Origin: Antedon mediterranea
Taxonomy: Eukaryota > Animalia > Echinodermata
Assembly (NCBI RefSeq): GCF_964355755.1
Contig: NC_092671.1
Coordinates: 186,001 to 250,000, forward strand
DNA length: 64,000 nt
Direction: 5' to 3'
The position numbers and the translations under genes are program-made. Position 1 is the first letter of the stretch, and each line of letters opens with the position of its first letter. Below are positions 13,240-26,735 of this stretch, piece by piece. The notes under the pieces are model-generated. The model did no database searches, was not told the origin of the DNA, and saw only the letters and a program-made list of their open reading frames with translations.

Positions 13240-13350
13240 TTTATACCTCCGTCATAGGGGGTTATATTTTTGTCTGAGATATTTGAATGTGTGTTTATCT
13301 GTTAGCAGGATAACGTCAAAACTAAATGACGGATCTTTACCAAATTTAAT
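13240..13350 (+). mobile_element. HINE/Helentron-like 5' fragment
   Basis: TTTATACCTCCGTCATAGGGGGTTAT hairpin start, then GTGTGTTTATCTGTTAGCAGGATAAC...ACGGATC...CCAAATTT, resembling this non-autonomous class. Confidence 0.4.
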
Positions 13351-13475
13351 CAATATATATATATATATGGTCACAGACGACTCCATTAAATGTTGGAAGG
13401 GGGCAGGAGGAAATCTGAACCGGTGGCCGTATTTACCAATCACACTTACTGTGAGATATTTTCCTTATATATTAA

Positions 13476-14023
13476 AGATGTATTGTCCCTTTGACAAATT
13501 CCAAAAAAATAAAAATAAAAAAATTTAAAAAAAAAGTCGGTCATTTTGAAGTATCATAATAGTTATTAACTTTCACCAAAAATTAGTCGAAAAAAAAAAT
13601 CATTTAACTGAAATACAGGCATTTTTTTGTTCACTAAAATAACTTTGACTTCCAGTCAAAGTTTTCAATCAAAACATATCTCATAATGCAACGCGCTTGT
13701 TTAGCTACTCTGTATGCATAATCATAAAACTTCCTCGCGACCTGTGTGAGAACACATTCTCAACCGTGACGAGTTGTAAACAATCCTAATTAGCATCATG
13801 CATAATGCATACTCGTGGTTTAAAATCTTTGTTTACTTTTGCTCGCGAAGATTTTCTTGACGAAATGTAATCAAATTAATTTAACTGTTAATTTACGTAA
13901 ACTTGTTGTTTTTGGCTCGAATTTTAAAATTAAAGTGAATAACTTTAATATTACTTTGATATGGCCATTTTAAATTTAGAATATTTTGACCTTCATTTTT
14001 TTGTTTCAAGGGACAATACATCT
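13476..14023. mobile_element. TTAA-flanked MITE (Kolobok/T2-like)
   Basis: TTAA|AGATGTATTGTCCCTT ... AAGGGACAATACATCT|TTAA. Confidence 0.85.
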
Positions 14024-14593
14024 TTAAGTATTTCACTTAAATTGGGTATGGGTAAGTGTTTCTCTTAGCCTAGTGTCATGATAGGTGAATACGGCCACTA
14101 GATCCTAGTTCTGGGCCACAATTTTAGGCTGTAACGACAAAACTACACGACGGACCTTTAACACATGTTACTTACAGATAGATATGTGGTCACGGAAGAC
14201 TCCATTATTATTTTAATAATTTTAGGCCATTATACTATAATACGTGAAACTGTAAGGTTGATATTTATCACGATTCTTTCTTTTTTTATATTTTTACTGA
14301 TCGCCCTCGTTTGTGCTGTACTCGTTTTAAATGCCAGCAACTGTTGTAATGCATAGATTCTACTTGTTTGATATTTCTGTAGTATATATATAACTATCAA
14401 TTACTCTATAAATTAAATAAACAATTCACACTATGGCCCAAAAAATAATTAAAATCATAGGCAATTGATGTTTTTATTTCCTGCTGTGTGCTAACACTAT
14501 TATACTTTTACTGGTCTCAGCTGCTGTACCTTACACAAGACAGTAGGCGGTGTCATGTCATTGCATACATTCAATTCTGTAAATTATTGGTTT

Positions 14594-14865
14594 AGCTTTG
14601 TTCCCACTAGGATACAACGCAAGGACGTAAACGCAACGCAAGCGTATTGACCAATCCAAGCGACAGTTCGAAAAAAAATCCATCGCTTTGGATTGTTCTT
14701 ATACGTTGCGTTCCTTTCGTGTTGAGTCTCTAGTGGGAATCAAGCATTCCAACCTGGACGTAAAAGCAAGGACGTAATCGCGCATCCGAACAGCCGTTTG
14801 TGATTGGTCAAATCACTTGCGTTGCGCCTACAGCTCATTACAACTGTGTCCAAGTGGTAACTAAA
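14594..14865. mobile_element. Palindromic MITE (PIF/Harbinger-like) plus adjacent degenerate copy
   Basis: AGCTTTGTTCCCACTAG...CTAGTGGGAATCAAGC; same family as 34831-35009. Confidence 0.7.
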
Positions 14866-17123
14866 CATTTAAATATTAGATTTCTTTAACTAAACAACAT
14901 AGCAATGCATAAATTGCTGTTCTATACTTTGTATCAATTAAACTGAGTCTCTTTTGAATAGTTTATATTGCAATCAACTTTGATGCCACTCATATAGTAT
15001 ACCCAGTGCTTGAACCTCAAATACAATCTTGGATATCAGTGAACTTACTCTAATATATTGAAGATGGCATGGTTTTAAAATGGAATAATGATATATTCTA
15101 AAACAGCATAAAGTAGAACAACATAAAAGCGATGCTTTTGTACAGTCTAAAACCGTTACGAGGTTCTTCTCGTATGGCAAGAAGAGAAACTATAAACAAC
15201 TTCCTCATACAAGCACGGATGGAAGAACTAATTCAAATTGAATTATTTTTATTTATTTTTTACACCAGAATGATGTGTCAACAATATTATTGTTAATGTT
15301 TAATTTATTAATAATCAGAAACTCGTGTTGGAAATAAAGAAAGAAATTCATGTCAATGAGCTCACGTGTCTCATTGACCTTACAATAACATTGTATTAAA
15401 CGCTTTTTGGTAAAACTTTTTCAATTTAATGAATTTATAAAAAGTTGTTTTTATTTTATCCATGACCTTTGTTTTTATCATACATGCCTTCTTCTTCTTG
15501 TTTGCTTAAACTAAAGTATTTTAATTGTATAAAATTAGGGCCTATGGTAAAAAATAATAATATTTTTTAAATTGTCAATACAAATTAATCAAGCGGTGGA
15601 ATTAAAGAAATACATTGATATTGATTACAGTATTATAGAACTCTGAGTTGTCAAGATGACTGTAATCATTTATGCTCTATTGACCTCGAATAGATTATAT
15701 TGCTTGGTAAAAGTTTGATGATGCAGATAGCATCTTACATTTTGAATAAAATCAATCTTTTGGTTCGTTTCGTTGAAGTTTATTTTACTAAGCACAATTA
15801 ATAGAAGAGTTTTGCATAATTGCCTTTAGTCATTAACAGCCTTGTGGGATTAGGTGCTCTTGTTTAATGTGCATCATATTAATCAATGACAATTTAACCA
15901 AAACCGTTTATTATGTTCATAAATGTGTTTTTTTTTTCTCGCTGTTTAGCGTACTACATCGTGAAGTAAATATTAGCAGGTTTTTATACCTTTGAGTTAT
16001 AAGTATATCCATTCACACAACATTATGTTATTTCATGAATGTCGACGTCGGTAGGCTTACATATAATACTTTCATACTTCCATGATGTACCTTACTATAA
16101 TCATAACGATGTATCGAGGCCTGTGTCTCAGCTAAACTCTTTTCAACCCAGTGTGTACATTCAACCCATTATATAATTGTGATATATATTTCCATCGAAA
16201 TCGTCTTGCAAAATATAGCACTTAAAAGTAAATTAGTTCTATGTGTTGTGTTGCAGTAGTGTGAAGCATGAAATGAGGCGGCACTATATTTATGAACTTT
16301 GATCATAGGCTATTTAATGGTTTGTTGGATTCTACAGTTATTAATTCTTTGATCGGTAAATGACGACCATGCACTAATGTACTCGCTTTGTTTACCACAA
16401 AAATTAAATACAAAAATCCATTATATGCATATTATAATTAGGCCTATAAGACATTATTATTATTATTATTACCGTATTATATACATATGATTTACCTAAT
16501 CGGTGGATGACAACCACATTTGAAAAAAAAATCCTTTTTAATGCGATCCAAAATATGTGGAGAAAAGTCCTATTGGTGTTTATCAATAGCGTTATACAAT
16601 ATTGGAGAAACGTTATTTCTGGTGGCTGGGAAAGATTGTTGTAGCCCTGGGCAGATTGTTTATTATACAAACGTTTTAGCTATCAGACGATACAATACAT
16701 GGTTTTTAAATTATCTATACAATGAGTTTATTTGTTGGGTTTCGACTCAGTAGCGTCTTTATTATAATCAAATTATTTTTTGTGTTATTCAAGCGACGAT
16801 TGTGCTTCATCAATTCAATTATTGACCGTATTTTTAAATAGTGGCTATACAATTTCATTTAAAAGGTTCCTAAGTGCCGAACGTTTATAATTAAACTGTG
16901 TAACAGATACATTGAAAACTTGACTTATTTATTATAGTTCTATGTATCTCCTGTTGTGTAGGCAACGGTTTGGTTTATATCAAAAGGATCGTTAATTATC
17001 GTTCCTCTTCTAGATAACGATTCTATTGTTATATTGGTTGTTATATCTAAAATGCATATTTCCTCGTTTATTTACAGCGAAATAGAGCGTGCATTCATGA
17101 GCTTGGATGAGGTTCTCAATCCT

Positions 17124-17855
17124 TCTCCAATATGGAGAAAAGTGATGACGTCACGTTTCCGACTGCGCTGGGTACAAACAAAGTTCGGTCGACCGTCTTG
17201 TCCTATTCTAACGCATTGATTTAACACCGCTTTTTCGTACATCCCGATATATTTTGTTTTTACATAATTTAGAATTGTTCAGCTTGCTTTATTTTACTAC
17301 GTTACTACTTTTTTTCTTTCAGTTTATAATCGCAATGTTAATAAAATAGCATTTTAAATTTCGTGTTATAAGCACTTTTTAGGCCTCTTTCTTTGGCGAC
17401 GAGTTTATACTAGCAGTATTTTTGCGTTTGTTTATGGAAATGTGCGAATCAATATACATTTCTAACTTTCAGTTTACTATATATTTATTTATAATGTATT
17501 GCTTATTGAAGTTTGAGTTTTCAATATGTTAGGTAAAATGTTGAATTTTACTAGTTTTGAAGAATAAACTAGAGTCATAGTGATCGGCAAAATGTCGCTG
17601 CTATAGGTGGCTAAGAACGACCGCACACGGCTACCTCTGATGTCGTGATGTAACACGACATTCAAAATGCTATTTGTCGAACATTGCGATTATAAACTGA
17701 AAGTGAACTTACGATATATTATCAGAAAAATATTCAACAGTAGTAACGTAGTAAAATAAAGCAAGATGATCAACTCTATGTAAAAACGAAATTTATCTAA
17801 GTGCAGTCGGTAGCCAGGAAACGTGGCGTCACACTTTTTCTCCCTATATTGGAGA
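17124..17855. mobile_element. Long-TIR (~230 bp) non-autonomous DNA transposon
   Basis: TCTCCAATATGGAGAAAAGTG..ACGTTTCC is inverted to GGAAACGT..CACTTTTTCTCCCTATATTGGAGA; the inner arm CTTGCTTTATTTTACTACGTTACTACT matches AGTAGTAACGTAGTAAAATAAAGCAAG. No clear TSD. Confidence 0.75.
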
Positions 17856-17869
17856 TCCCATGATAGAGC

Positions 17870-17982
17870 TCTAAACGCAGGGATGCAATTTGACCAATCA
17901 CGTCACGATAAATCATCATGCCACTTGTGATTGGTCAACTCATTTGCGTTGTGCGTACGTTATAGCATTATGTGGAAAGCAG
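17870..17982. mobile_element. Degenerate copy of the CCAAT-bearing palindromic MITE
   Basis: TTGACCAATCAC...GTGATTGGTCAA palindrome with AACGCA/TGCGTT arms. Confidence 0.5.
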
Positions 17983-18629
17983 CGTGATTGTAACGCGGTC
18001 GTGTATCGCGTCCGCGACGTCTCATGCTACTATCAAAATCATTTACATACTTACAAAATAGAATCTCAAATAACGTCACCAAGTGTACACAGACAATAAT
18101 GTGCACTAATAATACTTTAGAATTAATCAATTATTAATAAATAAACTTTAATTTACTTATTTATGCATGTTTCAGTGAAGCAATAATTTGACTATAGTAC
18201 CATTTGATTGTATCAGTTTGAAATAAATATTATAATGTTTTGTGTTGGAAATACCATTTTTAATTACAATCTATGCTTGAAATTTTTTAATCAAAATTTG
18301 AGAAGATAATTTTTTGTACTTGGAACATTATTTATGTATAATGATTCTTGCTATACAACAAACATCTTTAAAAAGAGGTTGATTGTATTTATCAATATCA
18401 TGAGCGTGATTATCAGAGCGAGAAGAACAAAATGACTTGGAACATGTGGATTACAGATCTAACATGACTGGAATACCACCACTCACCTCGTGACGTATAA
18501 AACAACAATACAATGTCAATTTTCATTTAAAATAAAGATGGTTATTATTGTTATTTAGAATGATTAGTTTTGTTTTTTGGTTCACAAGGGCCACAATTAG
18601 TAAAGATAATTCAGATCTACAACGTGTTG

Positions 18630-18790
18630 CTAAGTCGGTATGCGTCACGTGTCATTGGAACTGAGCAAAGTTCTATTAAATCGGTTTTTGAAAACCGATT
18701 AATTAGGAAAACACATTCTATATTGCAAGAGTCTACTCATCCCATGCATAATGTTTTTGAGGTGTTACATAGCGGTAGAGTGACGTTACC
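18630..18790 (+). mobile_element. LINE ORF2 C-terminal remnant (Rex1/Babar- or L2-like)
   Basis: Translation ASRVIG...RKTHSILQESTHPMHNVFEVLHSGR matches the 'I..D.SHP.H..F..LPSGR' C-terminal motif. Confidence 0.6.
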
Positions 18791-19434
18791 GGTCCATCAT
18801 CTGTTTCGTATTTTGCCATTGGGCACTGACTTGTCAGTATCCGTACGAGAGTTTTTTGACTTAGTAATTGTTTTTGTTAGTTTTTCATTTATCTGTTTTT
18901 GTATATCTCAGAGTAAACATAATTAATTATTTAAACGTTTTTTCATTCAAACTGATGAATGAATAAATTAATTATTTAATATTAGTCTGCTCCATAAAAG
19001 GATAAAGGCGTGTAATTATTACCCGTATTTTACCCAATCATCAAATATTACATTAAATCCAATTATTGGGTATTATCGAATCTGAGGCATGGCCAAAAGC
19101 AAATCTAAAATCAAACACCTTCGACTAATTACCAAATCTTGTTTAGATATTAGCATAATTTCGTTCAATCTGCCCGTCCGTTTCGACGGCTCTGAGTTAA
19201 TTGAATCTCTTTTTCCAAACGTACAGTCAGTTTTAATAGCCTACATTATATAGAAAAAATTACTAATCTCAGATTGTAATAAATTATGAGACTGTATTTA
19301 TTATCTTGCTCTTTCTAGAGATTAATAATAATAGAATCACGTCCAACCAGAGATATAGATGATCTAATTAGTTTTTGGTCAAATTTGAATTTATTAACAA
19401 GTAGTACAGTAGAGTGAAAAGTAGAGATAAATTG

Positions 19435-19885
19435 GTCCCTTCTCTGCAGGATAATCGTACCGTCAACTAGAATAGTATGATGTAACCTCGTCCCTCCTCT
19501 GTAGGATAATCGTACCGTCAACTAGAATGGTATGATATGTAACCTCGTCTCTCCTCTGCAGGATAATCGTACCGTCAACTAGAATAGTATGATGTAACCT
19601 CGTCCCTCCTCTGTAGGATAATCGTACCGTCAACTAGAATGGTATGATATGCAACCTCGTCCCTCCTCTGCAGGATAATCGTACCGTCAACTAGAATGGT
19701 ATGATATGTAACCTCGTCCCTCCTCTGCAGGATAATCGTACCGTCAACTAGAATAGTATGATGTAACCTCGTCCCTCCTCTGTAGGATAATCGTACCGTC
19801 AACTAGAATGGTATGATATGTAACCTCGTCCCTCCTCTGCAGGATAATCGTACCGTCAACTAGAATGGTATAATATGTAACCTCT
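19435..19885. repeat. 55/57-bp minisatellite, 8 copies
   Basis: Unit CCTCCTCTGYAGGATAATCGTACCGTCAACTAGAATRGTATGA(TA)TGTAACCTCGTC. Confidence 0.95.
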
Positions 19886-20077
19886 TTCTTAGAATGGAGT
19901 GACATTTTACAACCTTACAACCTTACATCAGCAGCACTGACAATAATCATCGCAGTATACTATTAACTAGGCCTCAGGGTTCTGCTTTTCAACCGATTGC
20001 ATTGCCTCATAGTTGTAGTTTTCCAAATCCCTCTTTCCCCGATTCGGTTTCTATTATAAATCTGGCTAATCATGTTT

Positions 20078-21125
20078 TGTTTCAAGTTTCAAGTTTCAAG
20101 TTTATTGTTTCACACAATACAATACAATAGAACAGTAACATAAATTAATAACAATTGTGTGAGGAGGACGCATTAAGCCAAGGCTTTAAGTTTGGTCCTC
20201 CAGATAATTAATATATTTAATTATTTAATTTAAGTGAGAGAACAAAAACAAACTTCTTTCTTTCGTCAAATTGACAAATAAAATTAAACAAAAAGGCACA
20301 AAAAAGAAAAAAAAAACAGTCTTAAGGCAATTGTGAATTACTAATGTTCTAAATAGTTTGAAATAAGTGTTTGTTTGTATTTTGTTTTAAATGTATTTAT
20401 GATGGTTATTGCTTTTAGATTGAGCGGTAAGTTGTTCCATATATACGGTCCATTGTAAATAAAAGATGTTGTTCTTCTAAGTAATATGGTATGCTTTTCG
20501 TATATTAGATTTTTTGCAGTTGAAGATCTGGTGTTGTAAGAATGATTAAAATTTTGAAAATAGGAGTAAAATTGAGTTGGTAATTTATTATGATTTAGGC
20601 GGAACATGAATAAAGCTGTTTGGAGTTTATTTATATCAAATATATTTAAAGTATTGAGAGAATAAAAAAGTGGTTTGGTATGAGATTTTGGAGGTGCTCC
20701 CGAACAGATTCTGATAGCCTTTTTTGTAATTTAAAGAGAGAATTAATTTTCGTGTTATCAGAACCTGTCCAGGGGCAGCATCCAGTAAATTTATCTACAG
20801 TTGTAGCCCAAGCAACATTGCAGTATGATAAATAGGGTAAAATAAGAGTATTATACAGGGAAAATAAGATGTTTAAAGGAAGTATGTACTTCAATTTACT
20901 TAAAATTCCAACGTTTCTCGAGATTATTTTAGTTAAATATGTTATGTGAGGTTTCCAATTTAGTTCCGAGTCAATAGTGACTCCAAGAAATTTTAAGTTT
21001 TCTGTTCTCTTTATTTGGTTGCCATTGATATATAATTGCTCTGTTAGCTGTTTGTTACTTTTTTTATTAATATTAAAATAAATATAATTTGTTTTTGAAA
21101 TATTCAATGATAACTTATTTGCTTT
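20078..21125 (-). mobile_element. 5'-truncated CR1/L2-group (Crack/Daphne-like) LINE, frameshifted RT C-terminus
   Basis: ORFs 20646-21107 (NISKTNYIYF, KFLGVTIDSELNWKPHI, LYNTLILPYLSYCNVAW) and 20341-20607 (HSYNTR, SFIYNGPYIWNNLP). 3' stem-loop and AATAAAC(TTGAAAC)n tail. Confidence 0.9.
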
Positions 21126-21567
21126 TGTCTTTCATATTCATTCAATAAAGTATGTTCAAATTCAAATAAACATTTATTTCTTTCATTCATATTTGAGTAA
21201 AAAACATTATAACTATAATTTCTGATATTTTATATATAAATATTTTTTTTTAGATATATAATACAGTAAATCATAATGTATAAAAAAAAGATGATTCAGT
21301 TATATACAAAATAAAAGAGGCAAAAAAAGTATCGATCAATTGGAAACAAAAATCCAATTGAAACTTGTATGTTGGGAAGCCATGTAAGAAGATTATATAC
21401 TTATATATATATATATAAATGTAAACATATAACTACACATACACATATAGATCAACAGACATACACACACACCCACACACACCAACAGTAAAGGAAGCAA
21501 TTTCGAAAAAGTTTCTAAAGTTAAAAAAAATATTACAAAATAGAGAAAACAATTAGTTATAATTTGA

Positions 21568-21985
21568 AATAAGATAAGATAAGATAAGATAAGATAAGAT
21601 AACTTTTATTGATCCTCAAAAAGGAAATTCATTGCTCGTCATAATAACAAGAAAACACAATAAAAACAAATATAGCATAAAACCATTCATATAAAAACAT
21701 CAAAAATACAAGATAAAATTATCTTCTTGACTTTCTGTTGTACTGGATGATACCGGAGGGAATAAAGGATTTGGCATATCGATTTGTTTTTACACTGAGG
21801 AGCCTCAATCTACCACTTGGATTAAGTTGGTCTATGATCACTTTGTGGAGAGGATTAGAGGCATCCGACTCAATGCGTTCAAAATCTTTCTGGAGGTGTT
21901 CTAGGTGCACATTGGTAATGCCAGACCAATCATTTTACCAGCCCGACGGATGAAAGTTTCAAGGCGTCCTTTATTCATAAGATAT
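21568..21985 (-). mobile_element. Rex1/Babar-like LINE 3' fragment with (CTTAT)n tail
   Basis: ORF 21719-21910 RIESDASNPLH...PSGRLRLLSVKTNRYAKSFIPSGI; (ATAAG)n at 21568-21602. Confidence 0.75.
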
Positions 21986-24900
21986 GTTGTAACACACCTG
22001 AATGTATTCTTGCAATCTGATTAGTTAATTACGTATCACGTGTCATTTTAGAATTAGCCCTACCTAAAGCGAATCGAAAGCGGCAGCTTATACGCATGCG
22101 TATTGGGATTTGGAAGATGGAAACATGAATTCGGAATTTGATAATTTCTGCCACGTGACGTTGTTGACTGATCGCGTTGGGATATCGACTTGTTGTGTGC
22201 GCCCGGTCTCTGCTGCGTGTAAATTCGGAGCACTCGTCTCCGCTTCGTTAAGAATAGAGCAGTCAATTTTTCAACTAATGAAATAGTCTCACAATCCAAC
22301 TCATAAACATTAATTATTTGTATAATATCATGGACCTATGTATATGTCCATGATATATGATAAGTAGAATTACCGATCGTGGTAAACAGCATGTATGTAA
22401 TATGTATGTCCTGTTAACATGGCCAATGCTTGGTTTTAAAAAAAGAGAGTATTATTAGCAAAATCAGTAATAATTATAGTCATGAGTAGTAACGGAAACA
22501 TAATCATAAAATGTAATGTCATACACTCGAATAAAGTCATACAGCTAATAAACAAAATGTATAATAAACGAAGTACAGTTTACAGCGCGAGAATCATTAA
22601 AACTGGCAATAAAGTAGGCCTAATACTAATTTCTTAAGCATTGACTAGATTAAACCAAGTATTACCGTAAATCCTGATTATTCGTAATGCGTCGGTTTTC
22701 TCAAAGAATTCTGGGCATTGCCCTCTGATTGAACACACAACATACGTAATATTATTAACATTGTTTATATAATGCATATAATAGGTATTTATCTAATAGT
22801 TCTATTGTTTTGATAATATAAGTACAGTAGTATGATATTTCAGGAATAAAGAACATAAATCTGAGACAGTGATAGACCTAACAGAATACAAGAAGATAGT
22901 CGCATTATAATGTGTATTACAGTATTAACATTCTATGGCAGTTCATCGTTCATTGTTGACATTTCACTAAATCCGCTTCTGTCGTTTATTATTATTTAGT
23001 GTAGTAAAACAGTACATTGAAAACACATTCATATTCATATTTCTGTTTCCCTGTAACGTAAACAACTAATCACGCCAAAAAAATTATTATTATAGTACAG
23101 TACAGGCAGGTAAGAGTGAAATTACACTTCACTCTTCCTTGGTACAAGGCAATGCTGTTTCAGCACAACTTGTATTCTACCATGAAATCAGTGTTTCGAT
23201 TGTGTCATAGCCTAGACATAATGGTACAGTTTTGTAACAGATTCATGTCTTTCAGTTAAAAGTTATTTGTAATTTAACATAATAACCGAGACCATACAAA
23301 TCATTAATATAGTTGTGCATAATCAGTGTTGAATTACAAAAGCAAACAAAAAATGCTGGTTAAGGGTAGTTGAAATCATAATGTGAATATTGTGTCGGTA
23401 TATATCAAAGGAGATTCAAATTATGCCATATTCTTTTCAACTTGATTGACCATGTACCAATTTAATAAATTGTTTAATTTGTTTGTATTAGTAGGATATT
23501 TCACGTTCAGTTAACTGTTTGATGAAACTCCCTTAAACTTAAGGGTGGTTTGTTCATCTCCCGGCAGTCACTTTTGATAACACTGTTGGTCGGTCATTTA
23601 CCACTCGAAAGCGATCATCCAAATCTCTTTAAAATCTTATTTGGCAGTCTACTGGTCTAAACAATACACAACATTGAGAGGCCATCTGCGTTGAGAACGC
23701 ATCGTACATAAGCTCAATACATGTTTGATCATCTATCTATCCAAATAAAGATGATAAGTAACTGAACCACACGGAAATTAACAGAAACATACCCTCATGC
23801 ACCAATGCATTAATGGACATTTTATGGTCATAATCCATGAATAACTTTAAAAGTATACAATTGCTAATTTGTTGCCTCTATATGAAGACATTCAATGCAA
23901 TAACCAGTTTACTAATGTTTTTTAAAGATATTTACACACTCTCGAAGATTATTTATCATGCATCATATTATTGTTTTCTTTATCTATACTTGTAATGATT
24001 GTTTATTTTGCGAGCCTTCTCTTTAGCGCATCCGCCCAATCTATAGTCATTTATTAATTTTATTTGGAAGAGAAAGACAATTACTGTAAAGAATTTGGAC
24101 TTCGTCAAGTTTACATCATCCTCATGTATATTTAAAATGTGTTTCGTGAACAGGAACTCTATACTTTGTTTAAACAATTTTACTTTATTATATAAATATA
24201 TATCCGATAATGATACATTATATCCGTAATAAACAATACACGAAATTTCCATATAATGTAAAACGCAAGCGATCGGTTGCTCTTCTATACCACAAACCAT
24301 GGAGGTATAAATACCTTCATGCACAATCTGTACTTAATCCAGTGTTGTTATTATTGATTGGCATAATGTCACAAGAACATACATTATTAACGACATTCAT
24401 TCCATATTGTTTGTAATGCAAAATTAGTGAGTGTCAACAAAAGCTTACATTTTTCAATCATAGTAAGATTCCTCGTGGCCTAAGAAGATCGTGTTACCGG
24501 ATTATTCGTGATGTTATCATTATCCTGTGCAACTTAATTTCCTATTCACATTATAACATGTCCTCCTCTCCCCATATATCATGCTTGGATGTTATTCTGT
24601 TAGCTCTATTCAAATATTATATGTAATCATACGCCTATGCACAAAACGTGTTTGAATATCAGAGAGCTAATTTAGCACGTCTTCTCTTAATTCTTCTACG
24701 ATTGCCTATTAAAATTACCTATCGCCATATCGTGTTGTACGTATCATGTATAAACTTTGACATCAAAGATTACTAATGTGACTTTTTAGACATTTCAAAT
24801 CCAATCTGTGTGTGGTCCGGATTTAAGGTTCTCTAACACTGATTCACACTTTTACATAATTTTCCTCAAATGTAAGAATTAATTTCTTTGATGTATAAAT

Positions 24901-25097
24901 CGCATCAACAGATTTAAATGATATATAGAGTTTTTTAACTGTTAGATATCAACTTTTTACACTTACGGTGGTGAATTTATAGCATTGTGGCGCCAGGGCA
25001 TGTCATGCCTACTAAAATAGTAGTGGAATATCGTCAAACTAAAATAGTAATGGAAGGTATCGTCAAACGGTTAATTACCTTGCGGTTTAGGGTGTAA

Positions 25098-25131
25098 TTA
25101 AAAAATCCACCTCATGAGGTGGATTTTTTAA
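25098..25131. repeat. Perfect 34-bp palindrome
   Basis: TTAAAAAATCCACCTCA|TGAGGTGGATTTTTTAA. Confidence 0.95.
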
Positions 25132-26654
25132 ACATCAAGTTTATCTCAAAATTTACACCACACGCGACCATTACACGTGTAAATTTGTTCCGTCCGAACG
25201 GGCTCCAAAGTTTTACACACTACTAACTAACTACATACAATGTATGGGTAATGATTTCATCCTTCCAAGTACGGATCAAAACCTTAGAAAAGGAGACATT
25301 GTGATGTGATTTTGTCACATCTCATTTACTTCTCTATTGGCAGTGTAATGTCAAACAAATTAGAAAAGATATTACTGTAATGCGGCTGGATAACGAGGCC
25401 GTATTGAACAGAATACACAAATACCTTACAAGAAACTACATACAAATATTTGAAAAAATATGTTATCTAAATAAAAATGTTGATGATTTTTCGAAAACCC
25501 TTACTTATAAGTAATGATATTTGTTTCTATTTCTGTAGCATGAGTACCGGTACTTAAGTCTTAGTTAAGTGTATTAGCTGAGTTGTTTTGACAGGATATC
25601 GAGAATATTTTGAACATTTTGGGAAAAATAATAAAAGACGATAATGATTAAGAAGTGTAATGTTTTAGGATTTCCTGAATGTTACACAATATTAATTTAT
25701 TGTATGCATGATCGATCGGTGATGTTACCGATATAATGTTATTCTTTTTTACACTCAAGCACTGACTCATGGTAATGATAATATATTTTAACAATATTTA
25801 ATGTTCATTTCATAACTGTATTTTCATTTAATGGGTTGTTTTTATTTGTTTATGAAATAGACCATATACTTGTTATCATTAAAAGCAGCTCTTTTTCTTC
25901 TTGATTGTAATAAATATGCCTTATTGTGTTGTTATAAAACCAACATTGCAAGATTAAGTTGCAGTATAAGAGATAAAATATAGATCTATTTTTGCAAACT
26001 TTGTATTAGTTGTGGCTACATTCCGCTGTGCACAAAGTGCGCGCGTGCTGGTATGGAAACGATTTAGATAGGTTTTAATGTCACTTGTCGGCATATTTCT
26101 TCAAAAGCTTTACAAAAGCGTGTCAATATTCGTCTTTTACGTAATAACTATAACTGACCTATTTTTTACAGGTTCACTAAAATTAACTAAACGATTGTGT
26201 TTAACAGATAAATGCTTTGGCTTCGTTTTAGATATTAAGCATAATAAATGTTTGACAAAAACGAAGGTGTCAATAACACGACAATTCAAAGTATAAACTT
26301 TTACTGTATTTATGAATTAAATCTCATAAAAAATGTATATTTTCATTTCCTTAAACAACCTTTCTTTGAAGTTTATCTGTAAAATGAATCGTATCTTTAT
26401 CATTCAGTCGTGACGCCGCCGATAAAGAGGTGGTTGTGTTTACGGTACAACAATCTCCAAACCCTGTTAACAATGTTGATCTTTTTGATAGTACTTTTCT
26501 TTTCAAAGACAAGTTAATTTTATTTGTTATCAATCAGTCGTTATATGCATCCATTTAGGCACCGTTCATAATTCCGCTTAAACTGCTGTTAGTATATTCT
26601 TCATGGAAACTTTACTATAGCTTACTAAATATAAACAGCTTATTATAGTATTAT

Positions 26655-26735
26655 CATAATATTTACTGTTTTTTTTTGTAACATAATATTTACTGGGTTT
26701 TTTTGTAACATAATATTTACTGGTTTTTTTGTAAC
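26655..26735. repeat. Short ~27-bp tandem repeat x3
   Basis: CATAATATTTACTG(G)TTTTTTTGTAA repeated. Confidence 0.85.
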
